From assembly GCA_016779585.1 (NCBI GenBank), contig JADHNI010000002.1, forward strand, positions 24,441 to 88,440: a stretch of DNA of 64,000 bases, read 5' to 3'. The stretch is from Pseudomonadales bacterium. GTDB taxonomy: Bacteria; Pseudomonadota; Gammaproteobacteria; Pseudomonadales; Azotimanducaceae. The notes below the pieces were generated by a model. It saw nothing but the letters and a program-made list of their open reading frames with translations. It did no database searches and had not been told where the DNA came from. This document shows positions 1-9,183 of this stretch, piece after piece (within the stretch, counting starts at the first letter, position 1; every line of letters begins with the position of its first letter). Position numbers and translations under genes: made by a program.

Positions 1-344
1 ACCTTGCCCTTGATGTCGTTCAGGGCGGTGGTGATATCGGTGTCCTGCAGCAACTCGATCATGACCGAGCACATACCCTCGCGCGAGGTGGTGTGCACGC
101 GATCCATGCCATCAACACCTTCGATGGCTTCCTCGATCCTGATACATACGGCTTCTTCCACTTCTTCCGGCGCAGCCCCCAGGTAAGGTACCTGCACCTG
201 GACAACGCCCGGCTCAATGTTAGGAAACTCTTCCTTATGCATCGAGAAAAGGGAAATGGTGCCGCCTGCCAGGAAGATGAGCATCATCAGGTTGGCGGCT
301 ACCGGATTGTCGGTGAACCAGGTGATAACCTTGTGGTTGTCCAT
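1..344 (-). CDS. RND (AcrB/HAE1-type) efflux permease, N-terminal fragment running off the window
   Basis: Absent from the ORF track because no stop lies in the window. Manual reverse-strand translation from ATG (344-342) gives MDNHKVITWFTDNPVAANLMMLIFLAGGTISLFSMHKEEFPNIEPGVVQVQVPYLGAAPEEVEEAVC..., a typical RND TM1 plus start of the periplasmic loop. It begins 6 nt after the adaptor gene. Confidence 0.8.
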   Translation of the reverse strand, partial: MDNHKVITWFTDNPVAANLMMLIFLAGGTISLFSMHKEEFPNIEPGVVQVQVPYLGAAPEEVEEAVCIRIEEAIEGVDGMDRVHTTSREGMCSVMIELLQDTDITTALNDIKGK

Positions 345-350
345 AGTCAG

Positions 351-1520
351 TTATCCGTTGGCTGACTGCGAGATGGTATTGACGCGCATGCCCTCGATCA
401 CGGTCTGAAGTGGCGAAACGTTAACTATATCGCCGGATTCGAGACCTCCAGAGATCAATACGTTGTCGTCCTCAAATCGCATGACCTGAACGCCTCGGTA
501 ATGCAGTCGGTTATTTTCATCGACGACGAGCACCTGGTTTTGGTTGCGCAGCGCAGCCCTCGGCAGCGTAATAACATTATCGACAGCGCGACCCATGATG
601 CTGGCATTGACGAAAAGACCAATTGGCAGGTCAGGCTGACCTGGATTGTCCGTATTATTGACGCGAACCACGGCGGTCACCATCCTGCTTCTGGAATCAA
701 TTTCCGCTTCCGTGCGGACAAGTTTGCCGATCCACTCGTAGTGTTCGCCGCCGTACTCTGTAGAGATGATCACCTCCGGTGCAGCATCGCCAGACAGTTC
801 ACCGCGGTGACCTAAAGGCAGGTCGAGGTAAGCAAGCTGTCGGTCGGCAACGGGCAGGCGGACTTCAGCAGAAGCGCTGGCATAAATTGATGCAATGGAC
901 TGGCCCCGGCTCAGGTACTGACCCAGGTCCACGCGTTCTGAACGCACTAGACCATCATATGGTGCGCGGATTTCAGTTCGGTTAAGGTCCCGGTTTGCCT
1001 GTTCGAGTGAGATCTTTGCATCCTGCAGTGAGGCTTCTGCAATTCGGTGATTGCGTAGTACTGCTTCAAGACTCGACTGACTCGTTAACTTTTTCTTGAC
1101 CAGTTCTTCCATGCGACCGAGTTCATACCGGGCAAGCTCTTCTTCCGCGCTGGCGCGGGAGAGTGCAGCCTCTGCGCGCGCTACTGTCGACTTGTAGTCG
1201 CGGTCGTCGATTTTGACCAGGACGTCATTCTTGTTGAAGTAGCCGCCTGCAACAAGATCCGGGGACATCCAGCTGACGCGACCGTTTACCTCTGGAATGA
1301 GCTCGCTCTCCTTGTGTGGCACAACGGTACCCTGCGAGATTACCTGTAACCTTACCGGGGAGCGTTCCACTTCGATAACCCGGATGCTGGTCGCCATTTC
1401 TTCCGGTGCGATCTGTTCCGGCTCTGGTGCTGTTTTCACCAGTCCGTAAGCGACGATGACGGCGAAAAACAGGACGCCGACAGTCATAGCGCCCTTGATG
1501 ATGTTACCCATGAGTTGCAC
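351..1520 (-). CDS. Efflux RND periplasmic adaptor (membrane fusion protein, HlyD family)
   Basis: 389 aa with an N-terminal TM anchor and a coiled-coil hairpin (ARAEAALSRASAEEELARYELGR...). The beta-barrel/lipoyl-like segments are typical of MFPs. It lies directly upstream of an RND pump. Confidence 0.85.
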   Translation of the reverse strand: MQLMGNIIKGAMTVGVLFFAVIVAYGLVKTAPEPEQIAPEEMATSIRVIEVERSPVRLQVISQGTVVPHKESELIPEVNGRVSWMSPDLVAGGYFNKNDVLVKIDDRDYKSTVARAEAALSRASAEEELARYELGRMEELVKKKLTSQSSLEAVLRNHRIAEASLQDAKISLEQANRDLNRTEIRAPYDGLVRSERVDLGQYLSRGQSIASIYASASAEVRLPVADRQLAYLDLPLGHRGELSGDAAPEVIISTEYGGEHYEWIGKLVRTEAEIDSRSRMVTAVVRVNNTDNPGQPDLPIGLFVNASIMGRAVDNVITLPRAALRNQNQVLVVDENNRLHYRGVQVMRFEDDNVLISGGLESGDIVNVSPLQTVIEGMRVNTISQSANG

Positions 1521-2253
1521 TCCTTGCAGATTGCGCAGGTTGCAGCGGTTGTGGCTGCAGTTGTGAAGCAGCGACCTGGAGTCGCTCTTTCAGGAATTTG
1601 AAATGAATGGTCATTGCAGTGCTTGCGGCCCAGGCATCCTTGCTGCTGATCGCGTCACGAACAGCGGTCAGGTTGCCTGCGACCTCATCCAGATCAATGT
1701 TGGGTTCGAAATCAGGCTCCATGGCAATACCAAGGAACTGGGTCCTGACGCCGTTGCCGACCAGTCTCAGTACCAGGTTCTGGTGGATGTCCATCATCTT
1801 CTCGCCCAGTTCACGCCAGCTTTCGTGATGAACATCCGGTGTACCCAGAGAACCGATCAGTTTCTCCGTGAGCTCTGCGAGCTCATTGATGTCTTCTTCG
1901 TTTGCGTTCTCTACAGCGGTACGCACGGAAACAGACATCATCGCACCCAGAACGTCCAGCATCTGGGTGATAAGGTCAGGGCGGGGAATCTCGCCCAGCT
2001 CCAGCAGGTGACCGAGGACCTCGACACTGGCTTCTTCCACGGGCTGTACGCGCACACCGCCTGGCGTCACGCTCACGATACCCAGTTGTTCCAGCTTCTT
2101 TATCACTTCGCGAACGGCGCCTCGATTGGTTTCGAAGCGCGCCGCAAGATCTCGCTCAGAGGGCAGCCTTTCACCCTCGCGATACTGCCCGCGAAGCACC
2201 TCGCTGCGCAGAATGTCGAAGATTTCACCGGCTTTGGACGGTACAGTGGACAC
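1504..2253 (-). CDS. GntR-family transcriptional regulator (FadR/FCD-type C-terminal domain)
   Basis: The N-terminal winged HTH reads GERLPSERDLAARFETNRGAVREVIKKLEQLGIV, followed by an all-helical C-terminal domain. It overlaps the adaptor gene start by 17 nt, so they form one operon. Confidence 0.85.
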   Translation of the reverse strand: MSTVPSKAGEIFDILRSEVLRGQYREGERLPSERDLAARFETNRGAVREVIKKLEQLGIVSVTPGGVRVQPVEEASVEVLGHLLELGEIPRPDLITQMLDVLGAMMSVSVRTAVENANEEDINELAELTEKLIGSLGTPDVHHESWRELGEKMMDIHQNLVLRLVGNGVRTQFLGIAMEPDFEPNIDLDEVAGNLTAVRDAISSKDAWAASTAMTIHFKFLKERLQVAASQLQPQPLQPAQSARSATHG

Positions 2254-2291
2254 GTTAATTATCCTGTTGGTTTGGTCTTTCTACGGTCAGT

Positions 2292-2374
2292 TGGCCAGAC
2301 CGGATTGGTAGGACCATGAATATTTTTTACAAAAATGGCCTTACCATTTTGGTAGGACCAATTTGGTCGGGCCA
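2292..2374. promoter_or_regulatory. Cluster of five TGG(T/C)-N3-(A/G)CC(A/G) palindromic boxes, a putative GntR operator array in the divergent promoter region
   Basis: TGGCCAGACCG 2292-2302, TGGTAGGACCA 2306-2316, TGGCCTTACCA 2336-2346, TGGTAGGACCA 2350-2360 and TGGTCGGGCCA 2364-2374. GntR/FadR operators are typically GT-Nx-AC palindromes. The array sits between the GntR-MFP-RND operon and aceK. Confidence 0.5.
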
Positions 2375-2439
2375 TTATAAGGATGCCGTGTTGCGTTGCA
2401 ACAGGCATAATCGGCCATTTGTCGGGCAGATAACGCATC

Positions 2440-4128
2440 TTGGTAAAAAAGCAATCAGTGGCAGCCCTTATTCTTGAAGGGTTTGAAGCTTTCCTGCACG
2501 AGTTCCGGGACGTCTCCGACGGTGCCCGCGACCGCTTCGCCAGCGGGGACTGGGAGGCCGTACAGGCAGCCGCAGAGCGTCGTATCCAGGTTTATGTCAC
2601 AAATCGCGAGCAGGTCTGCCGCTTTATTCAGGAAGCCTGGCAGGAGGCGGACTGGCGGGCAGCCCGCTCGGAATTTAAGGGCCTGATTGCCAGCCATGAT
2701 TATGCGCCGCAGGCAGCCACCTTTTACAACGGCGTCTATCGGGCCATCCATCCCGGCCATTCCACTGCCGGTGCACCCATGTTCTACGACGTTGACCCTG
2801 TGACTGAAACAGAGCCGGATGAAAGCCTGACGCTTCGACAGCAGGATACCCATCTGGCACGGGCAGTTGAAAACCTGCTGCTGGAAACTGAACTGTCAGA
2901 ATTTCTGTCATCCCCTGCTGATGATGCTGGGCTGATCGCTAAGCGGCTCGAAAGCGAAATCCCGTTGCTGCGGAGCCACCCGATTAGCCTGCTGGAAACA
3001 CTTAAACCCGTGTTCTACCGGAACAAGGGTGCCTATCTGATCGGCAGGCTTGTTGTTGAAGGGCACATATTCCCGCTGGCCATCGCCTTTGTCCGCTGTT
3101 CTGATGGCAGCATCCGCACTCACGCGGTGCTGTGGGGTGAGAACAAGCTGTCTATTGTCTTCAGCTTCACCCGGTCCTATTTCATGTTGAGATCGGGCAA
3201 CCCTTCACGAATTGTAGGATACCTGCAGTCACTGCTGCCGGCGAAGCACCGTTGGGAACTCTACACCTCAATCGGCTTCTACAAACACGGCAAAACCGAG
3301 TTTGTTCGCGGATACCAGGCGCAGCTGAAATGCAGCGATGACAGCTTCCATATTGCCGAGGGTATCAAGGGGCAGGTGATGACAGTGTTTACCCTCGATT
3401 CCTACCAGACGGTGTTCAAGGTCATCAAGGACAGGTTCCCTGCCACCAAGTCTGTGAGCCGCCAGGATGTTCTGGCTGCATATCGGCTCGTGAAATCCCA
3501 CGATCGCGTCGGGCGCATGGCGGACACCCAGGAGTTCATCAATTTTGAATTGCCCAGGGACCGCTTTGAGCCGGACCTGTTGGAAGAGCTCCAGAAGGTG
3601 GCGTCGGGCACCGTTGCGGTCAATGGCGATATGGTGCATTTCGCGCATCTGTATACCGAACGCCTTATGGTGCCCCTTAACATTTATGTCAGACAGTGCA
3701 GTGACTTCCAGCTGCAACAGGTGCTGACGGATTACGGCTATGCGATTAAGGACCTGGCGGCTGCGAACATATTTCCCGGAGACATGTTGCTCAAGAATTT
3801 TGGTGTAACTCGTCATGGCCGGGTAGTTTTCTACGATTACGATGAAATCTGCTACCTAACAGAAGTGAATTTCAGGGATATTCCGAAAGAAGAAAGTGGC
3901 AGTCATGCGGCTGAAGCCTGGTTCGACGTGGGAGAGTACGACGTGTTTCCCCAGGAGTTCGCGACATTCCTGTTCCCGGACGACAGACTCCGGGGGATGT
4001 TCAGCCAACACCATGCGGACCTGTTTACCTGTGAAGGATGGCAGCGGATCCAGAAAATGATCGAGGATCAGATTCTCTCCGATGTATTCCCATACTCTGC
4101 TAGAGACCGACTGGCAGAAATCTTGTAG
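2440..4128 (+). CDS. aceK: Isocitrate dehydrogenase kinase/phosphatase
   Basis: 562 aa. The N-terminus (ILEGFEAFLHEFRDVS...RF..GDW) and the kinase core (LKNFGVTRHGRVVFYDYDEICYLTEVNFRDIP) match AceK. The start is uncertain: TTG 2440 or GTG 2458. Confidence 0.9.
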   Translation: MVKKQSVAALILEGFEAFLHEFRDVSDGARDRFASGDWEAVQAAAERRIQVYVTNREQVCRFIQEAWQEADWRAARSEFKGLIASHDYAPQAATFYNGVYRAIHPGHSTAGAPMFYDVDPVTETEPDESLTLRQQDTHLARAVENLLLETELSEFLSSPADDAGLIAKRLESEIPLLRSHPISLLETLKPVFYRNKGAYLIGRLVVEGHIFPLAIAFVRCSDGSIRTHAVLWGENKLSIVFSFTRSYFMLRSGNPSRIVGYLQSLLPAKHRWELYTSIGFYKHGKTEFVRGYQAQLKCSDDSFHIAEGIKGQVMTVFTLDSYQTVFKVIKDRFPATKSVSRQDVLAAYRLVKSHDRVGRMADTQEFINFELPRDRFEPDLLEELQKVASGTVAVNGDMVHFAHLYTERLMVPLNIYVRQCSDFQLQQVLTDYGYAIKDLAAANIFPGDMLLKNFGVTRHGRVVFYDYDEICYLTEVNFRDIPKEESGSHAAEAWFDVGEYDVFPQEFATFLFPDDRLRGMFSQHHADLFTCEGWQRIQKMIEDQILSDVFPYSARDRLAEIL

Positions 4129-4137
4129 GGTTCTGTT

Positions 4138-5292
4138 ATGTCAGATGAAGTATTAATTGAAGCAGCACGCAGGCTTGCCAGTGAGTTACCGGCACGAAGC
4201 CAGGAGATCGAAGACGCAAGGCGATTACCTGCTGATATTGCGCAGCAACTTGCTGATGCAGGTCTGTTCCACGGACTGGTTCCAGAAGCTTACGGCGGCG
4301 GGGAAGTGCATCCTTCGACCTTTATCAGGTTGATCAGGGAAGTTTCCACCGGTGACGGTTCTGCTGGGTGGAATGTGATGATTGGTCTGACAACAGGTCT
4401 GCTTTCTGCATCGTTACCGGAAGAATTTGCCCGGGAAATTTATGGCGACGGTCCAGGGGGGCTCGCGGTTGGCGTTACTGCACCCATGGGTATTGCCGAG
4501 GTGGTCGAAGGTGGTTACCGGGTCACCGGTCGATGGCCGTTTGGCAGTGGGTCTTCCAATGCTGGCTGGATTGGTGGCGGTTGTTTCATCACGGAAAACG
4601 GTGAGCAGCGAATCGGCAAGGGCGGCATGCCGGAACATCACATTATGATGTTTGAACGCTCCCAGGTTGAGATTGAAGATACATGGCATGTCTCCGGTTT
4701 GTGCGGCACCGGCAGTCACCATTTCAATGTCAAAGACGTATTTGTGCCGGAAGGTCGGTCGGTGGTGATGGGCACCAGAAGCCGGATTCAGCGACCACTG
4801 TACCAGTTCCCGCTGCTTGGATTGCTGGCAATGGGTGTATCCGCCGTCAGCCTGGGTATTGGTTTCAAGGCGCTGGCTGCATTCAAGGAACTCGCCGGGG
4901 CGAAAGTACCTACCGGGGGCAACCGCGGTCTCGCTGAGCAGGCAAGGGTTCAGTCACTGGTGGCGGAATCCACCGCCGATCTTGAAAGTGCTGAGGCTTA
5001 CATTCACCGGGTCATCGACGATGCCTGGGAAATTGGCTGTCGCGGAGAACGTTTACCCCTGGAATCGAAAGCGCGCCTGAGGCTTGCGGCGGTAAATGCG
5101 ACCAGCAGTGCGGTAGCCGCCGTAGACCGGTTGTACCAGGCGGGTGGCGGCAGCGCGATTTATGAAGACAGTGTATTGCAGCGCTGTTTCCGCGATGTGC
5201 ATGTGACCACTCAACATATGATGGTTGGTCGCCCCATCTACGAGATCGTTGGTCGCGTGGAGTTGGGGCTTGATCCCAAATCCCTTCTTTGA
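4138..5292 (+). CDS. Acyl-CoA dehydrogenase-fold flavoprotein (ACAD-like oxidoreductase/monooxygenase family)
   Basis: 384 aa with the ACAD three-domain layout (GLTTG..., W.FGSGS..., C-terminal helical bundle ending QRCFRDVHVTTQH). It starts 9 nt after aceK. Confidence 0.75.
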   Translation: MSDEVLIEAARRLASELPARSQEIEDARRLPADIAQQLADAGLFHGLVPEAYGGGEVHPSTFIRLIREVSTGDGSAGWNVMIGLTTGLLSASLPEEFAREIYGDGPGGLAVGVTAPMGIAEVVEGGYRVTGRWPFGSGSSNAGWIGGGCFITENGEQRIGKGGMPEHHIMMFERSQVEIEDTWHVSGLCGTGSHHFNVKDVFVPEGRSVVMGTRSRIQRPLYQFPLLGLLAMGVSAVSLGIGFKALAAFKELAGAKVPTGGNRGLAEQARVQSLVAESTADLESAEAYIHRVIDDAWEIGCRGERLPLESKARLRLAAVNATSSAVAAVDRLYQAGGGSAIYEDSVLQRCFRDVHVTTQHMMVGRPIYEIVGRVELGLDPKSLL

Positions 5293-5351
5293 GCGTTGTA
5301 TTCCGGTTCGATACTGCTATCCTTGCGCAGCTTTAACGCCCTGGCGCTCCG

Positions 5352-6116
5352 GTGAACATTTCCGCTGTACTTTACAAACTCTATGAGCCTTTCCTTTGGT
5401 CCCAGATCAAGGATGGACCGCGGCCCCAACACATCGGTCTGATCGTTGACGGCAATCGCCGCTTTGCCCGCGTGAAGGGGTTGGCATCCAATGAAGGTCA
5501 TAACGCAGGGTCACAGAAACTTAAAGATTTTCTTCGCTGGTGCTGGCGGCTGGACATCAAGATCGTCACGCTCTATGGATTTTCAACCGAGAACCACAAG
5601 CGATCTGAAGACGAAGTGGACTACCTGATGGACCTGATCCTGCGCAAGCTTCGCCAATACCAGGTGGATCCGGTCATCAGGCAGGAGCGGGTAAAGATCA
5701 AGGTCATCGGGCAAAGGGAAAACCTCTCTGACGAAATGATCCGTGAGATTAACAAGACGGAAGAGCTGACGAGGGATCATGACCGTTTCCAGCTCAACAT
5801 AGCGGTCAGTTACGGCGGTCGTGCTGAAATCGTTGATACCGTCAAGAAACTAGCCGAATTAGTCCAGTCGGGAGAGCTTCAACCTGACGAGATTGATGAG
5901 GACATTTTTTCCCGTCACCTTTACACCGAAGGCATACCGGATCCTGACCTGATTATCCGAACGTCAGGCGAAGAGCGACTCTCAGGCTTCCTTCTCTGGC
6001 AGAGCGCCTATTCCGAACTGTACTTTAGCGAAGTTTACTGGCCTGCATTTAGAATGATTGATTTCTGGCGTGCCATCAGGGTTTACCAGCAGAGAGAACG
6101 TCGCTTCGGCAAGTGA
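5352..6116 (+). CDS. cis-Prenyltransferase (undecaprenyl-diphosphate synthase family, isoprenyl transferase)
   Basis: 254 aa with a GTG start. Family motifs present: GLIVDGNRRFAR, TLYGFSTENHKRSEDEV, IRTSGEERLSGFLLWQSAYSELYF and RRFGK. Confidence 0.88.
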   Translation: MNISAVLYKLYEPFLWSQIKDGPRPQHIGLIVDGNRRFARVKGLASNEGHNAGSQKLKDFLRWCWRLDIKIVTLYGFSTENHKRSEDEVDYLMDLILRKLRQYQVDPVIRQERVKIKVIGQRENLSDEMIREINKTEELTRDHDRFQLNIAVSYGGRAEIVDTVKKLAELVQSGELQPDEIDEDIFSRHLYTEGIPDPDLIIRTSGEERLSGFLLWQSAYSELYFSEVYWPAFRMIDFWRAIRVYQQRERRFGK

Positions 6117-6170
6117 TTAAAAAGTGCTATATTGGCTCGAACTTTCTGCGGTATCCATAGCCGGCGTCGG

Positions 6171-7100
6171 ATGTCAGATCGTACAGAATATACAATCCAT
6201 TCAGGACAGGTAGACCTTAACGCTCCCGGTGAGAAGAAACCCTGCCTTGTCATGAGTCGTGGTGACTTCATCGGTCAGGTCTATGAGCTGAATGATGAAA
6301 CTACCTTGATCGGTCGCAGTGATGATGTTGACCTGACGATATCTGATACCAGTATCTCCCGAAAGCACGCCCAGATTGTCCATCGCCCTGACGGATTTTT
6401 CCTGTCGGATCTCGGCAGCACCAATGGCAGTTTCGTCAACAAGGAACCCGTTTCGGATGCATCGCTGCTGTCTGAGGGCGACAAGGTGGCGATTGGTCAC
6501 GTCGTTTTCAAATTCACTTTCCAGGATGATGACGACACGGAATACCACTTGATGCTGCGAAACATGGCGATCAAGGATGGCCTGACACGAGTCTATAACA
6601 AGCGGTACTTTTCCGAGGTTCTGGAAAAGGAGTGTGACTACAATCGACGAAACCAGGTCGGTCTCTGCCTCATCCTGTTCGATATTGATCATTTCAAGCA
6701 GATCAACGATACCTGGGGTCGCCCTGCCGGTGACTTTATTCTCAAGCATCTGGCGCAGCTGATCGAAAGTGAGGCCCGGGGCTATGACGTGTTTGCACGA
6801 TACGGCGGCGAGGAGTTTGCGTTCCTGCTGCGTGGTTCGCCTTTACCAGCAGCGATCCAGTTGGCCGAGAGAGTGCGGCAGGAGGTGGAGGCGCATACCT
6901 TCACCTATGATGAGGTTGATCTCAAAATTACTGTATCCCTTGGCGTGGCCTACTGGGATGGCGCTACGCCCATGACGGATGAGGAACTCGTAGAAGCCGC
7001 TGACAGGCGCCTTTATGAAGCCAAGGAAGGTGGCCGTAACTGTGTCTGCCACGACCCTGTGCTTGAGGCGGAAGCCTCCTGGCCAGAGCCGGATACCTAG
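6171..7100 (+). CDS. FHA-domain diguanylate cyclase (FHA-GGDEF)
   Basis: FHA core LIGRSDDVDLTISDTSISRKHAQIV...STNGSFVN. GGDEF domain with active site GGEEF and an RGYD (RxxD) I-site five residues upstream. ATG 6171 is preferred over the TTG at 6132. Confidence 0.88.
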   Translation: MSDRTEYTIHSGQVDLNAPGEKKPCLVMSRGDFIGQVYELNDETTLIGRSDDVDLTISDTSISRKHAQIVHRPDGFFLSDLGSTNGSFVNKEPVSDASLLSEGDKVAIGHVVFKFTFQDDDDTEYHLMLRNMAIKDGLTRVYNKRYFSEVLEKECDYNRRNQVGLCLILFDIDHFKQINDTWGRPAGDFILKHLAQLIESEARGYDVFARYGGEEFAFLLRGSPLPAAIQLAERVRQEVEAHTFTYDEVDLKITVSLGVAYWDGATPMTDEELVEAADRRLYEAKEGGRNCVCHDPVLEAEASWPEPDT

Positions 7101-7603
7101 CTTCCCTGTTTTAACTCGAACAGCCAGGAATTGCCTTCAGCGATATCCGCGGTTGTGTAGGGTGTTCCGTATTTCCCATTGAACTTCTCGATGATGGCGG
7201 CTGTTTCGTCATCCACTCCCAGTCGCTCCAGCGTGAAATGGTAAAGCTTGCCGTCACTTCGAATAATGGCCCGGTTGTCTTCCTCGACTCGCTTCGGCCA
7301 TTGCTTCCACATCTTTCCTATGGCGGTATTCATAAAACTGCTCAGGACGATGGGTCTGTTTTCATGCACAACCAGCCACATGGTTCGAGACCTGGGTGGC
7401 AGCATGGTTTGTAGCTCGACCGTCATCTTCTCATCCAGGAAGCTCCAGTCGCTCACGTCGGTGACAACTTCACCCGTCCTGAACGGACCACCTGAGAGGA
7501 TTTCCATGGGGCCGTCGGCTGATCGCACAACAAACAGCAGGGTGCCGATAGAGATAATGATCAGGAGAATGAAACCGATAAACCAGGTGAGACCGCGGGA
7601 CAT
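7097..7603 (-). CDS. Hypothetical membrane-anchored protein
   Basis: 168 aa with a single N-terminal TM helix (LTWFIGFILLIIISIGTLLFVV). No motif recognised. Confidence 0.55.
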   Translation of the reverse strand: MSRGLTWFIGFILLIIISIGTLLFVVRSADGPMEILSGGPFRTGEVVTDVSDWSFLDEKMTVELQTMLPPRSRTMWLVVHENRPIVLSSFMNTAIGKMWKQWPKRVEEDNRAIIRSDGKLYHFTLERLGVDDETAAIIEKFNGKYGTPYTTADIAEGNSWLFELKQGS

Positions 7604-7700
7604 AAAATCAGGAAATTGGCCAAAGAACTAAACGTATCCGGCCTACCTATTGTTTGCAAACAGGTTCCCTTGCACACATGTTCCTATGCAAAGAGAGTGG

Positions 7701-8267
7701 CTAATCCTGGTCGTCAGCAACCCTCGAGGAGAGCAGTGTGACAACACGGTCCAGCATGCTGGTCGCGGTTGTCAGCACCAGTCCCCAGCCAATCCAGATA
7801 AACCAATCAAACGGAATGAGCGTAATACCCAGTGTAATCTGCATAATGGGAAAGCCTGCGAAGACAAAATAGCTGATGCCGTTGTAGCGACCGAGGGCGC
7901 TGGCGCGCAATGGTTGACCGGCAAGCGTTTTTGAATCGAGCATGTATTGCAGAAAAGCGGCAGGAATCATGAATACAAGCAGGAGAGGAGCCCATTCGTG
8001 TTGCAGGTGAGCGGCGATGGTGACCGTAACGAAAATGGCATCGCTGCCGTGGTCAAAGAGTCCACCTAGCGGCGTCAGGACTTCCTGCCTGCGAGCCAGG
8101 TAGCCATCCAGCACGTCGGTAAAAATCGCGAGCCAGAGAATGGTAACCGCGATGTACCACTCGCTGCCTGACACTGCCCAGTACATGAAGCCAGCCATGA
8201 TAATGCGGGACAGGCTCAGCAGGTTGGGTACAGACATCAGTTGGGGCATCTGCGCATAATGCCACAC
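7701..8267 (-). CDS. CDP-alcohol phosphatidyltransferase family protein
   Basis: Signature D-x2-D-G-x2-A-R...G-x3-D-x3-D is present (DVLDGYLARRQEVLTPLGGLFDHGSDAIF) in a polytopic membrane protein. The start may be one of the internal Met codons (8249 or 8237). Confidence 0.85.
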   Translation of the reverse strand: MWHYAQMPQLMSVPNLLSLSRIIMAGFMYWAVSGSEWYIAVTILWLAIFTDVLDGYLARRQEVLTPLGGLFDHGSDAIFVTVTIAAHLQHEWAPLLLVFMIPAAFLQYMLDSKTLAGQPLRASALGRYNGISYFVFAGFPIMQITLGITLIPFDWFIWIGWGLVLTTATSMLDRVVTLLSSRVADDQD

Positions 8268-8295
8268 TCATAACAAATTGGTGCACGAGTAAAGA

Positions 8296-9183
8296 ATGCA
8301 AATAGCGATTACCGGTGCGAACGGGCACCTGGGACTAAAGCTGATTGATCGCCTGCAGGAGGCGGGTGATGCAGTGCGCGCGCTTGTTCGTTCTGAACGC
8401 GCGGTTGAGTCCGTCAGGGGGCGGTTCCCGCAGCTTGACGTTCGCATCGTTGATTACGCAGACAGTGAGGGGCTGCGTAATGCCAGTGAAGGTTGTGATG
8501 CACTGATTCACCTGGTGGGCATCATTAAGGAGTCAAAGGCCAATACGTTCGAGCAGGCGCATGAAGCCCCATGCCGTGCGCTCACTGAGGCGAGCCTCGC
8601 CGTAAAGCATGTGATTTACCTCGGTATTGTTGGCACACATTCAGGTTCGACGAACGCGTGCCTGCAGTCTCGAGCCCGGGCAGAGGCGCTGTTGCGGAAG
8701 TCCGATGTTCCCGTTTCGATTCTCCGGGTGCCCATGGTGCTGGGTCCTGACGATTACGCGTCCATGTCGCTGGCAAGAAACGGCCAGAAATCCCTGGTGT
8801 TTGGTTTTCGAACCGCCAGCCTGGAACAGCCCATTTACAGTGGGGACGTAGTGAGCGCAATCTTCGCGGCCACCAGGCTGGATGCTGTAAACAGAACGCT
8901 CGACCTGGCAGGACCCGAATCCCTTTCGCGGGCACAGCTGATCAAGCGAGCAGGTCAGTGTTTTGACAATGAACCTGGTGTGGTTTCCGTGCCGGTCTCG
9001 CTGGGTTACGCGATGGCGTTCCTGTTTGAGCTTGTCAGCAGTTCACCGCCGGTCACACGTGCCATGCTGGGTGTACTGGATCATGATGACAACATCGACA
9101 ATGGACCGGCGCTCAGGGAACTCGGAATAGAACTGACGCCGCTGGACGAGACACTTCAGGCAGTTCTCTTGCCCAACGCATAA
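8296..9183 (+). CDS. NAD(P)H-binding atypical SDR / NmrA-like family protein
   Basis: Rossmann N-terminus MQIAITGANGHLGLKLIDRL, 295 aa. Confidence 0.75.
   Translation: MQIAITGANGHLGLKLIDRLQEAGDAVRALVRSERAVESVRGRFPQLDVRIVDYADSEGLRNASEGCDALIHLVGIIKESKANTFEQAHEAPCRALTEASLAVKHVIYLGIVGTHSGSTNACLQSRARAEALLRKSDVPVSILRVPMVLGPDDYASMSLARNGQKSLVFGFRTASLEQPIYSGDVVSAIFAATRLDAVNRTLDLAGPESLSRAQLIKRAGQCFDNEPGVVSVPVSLGYAMAFLFELVSSSPPVTRAMLGVLDHDDNIDNGPALRELGIELTPLDETLQAVLLPNA

Noticed and set aside
1603-2319. Long antisense ORFs opposite well-supported genes. Examples: 1603-2319 (+) opposite GntR, 9207-10013 (+) opposite the sirtuin, 24851-25591 (-) opposite cbbQ-like, 52270-53079 (-) opposite the carboxyltransferase, 57548-58213 (-) opposite exbD, and 59722-60345 (+) and 60448-61206 (-).
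   Set aside because: Their translations are Arg/Ser/Pro/Gly-rich and low in complexity, with no recognisable motifs. Each fully overlaps a gene with strong family signatures. They are typical shadow ORFs of GC-rich coding DNA.
8251-8280. A dif-like XerC half-site, TGCGCATAA, followed by ...CATAACAAAT.
   Set aside because: Only the XerC arm resembles the dif consensus. The expected inverted XerD arm (TTATGTTAAAT) is absent. The sequence also overlaps the 5' end of the CDP-alcohol phosphatidyltransferase ORF.
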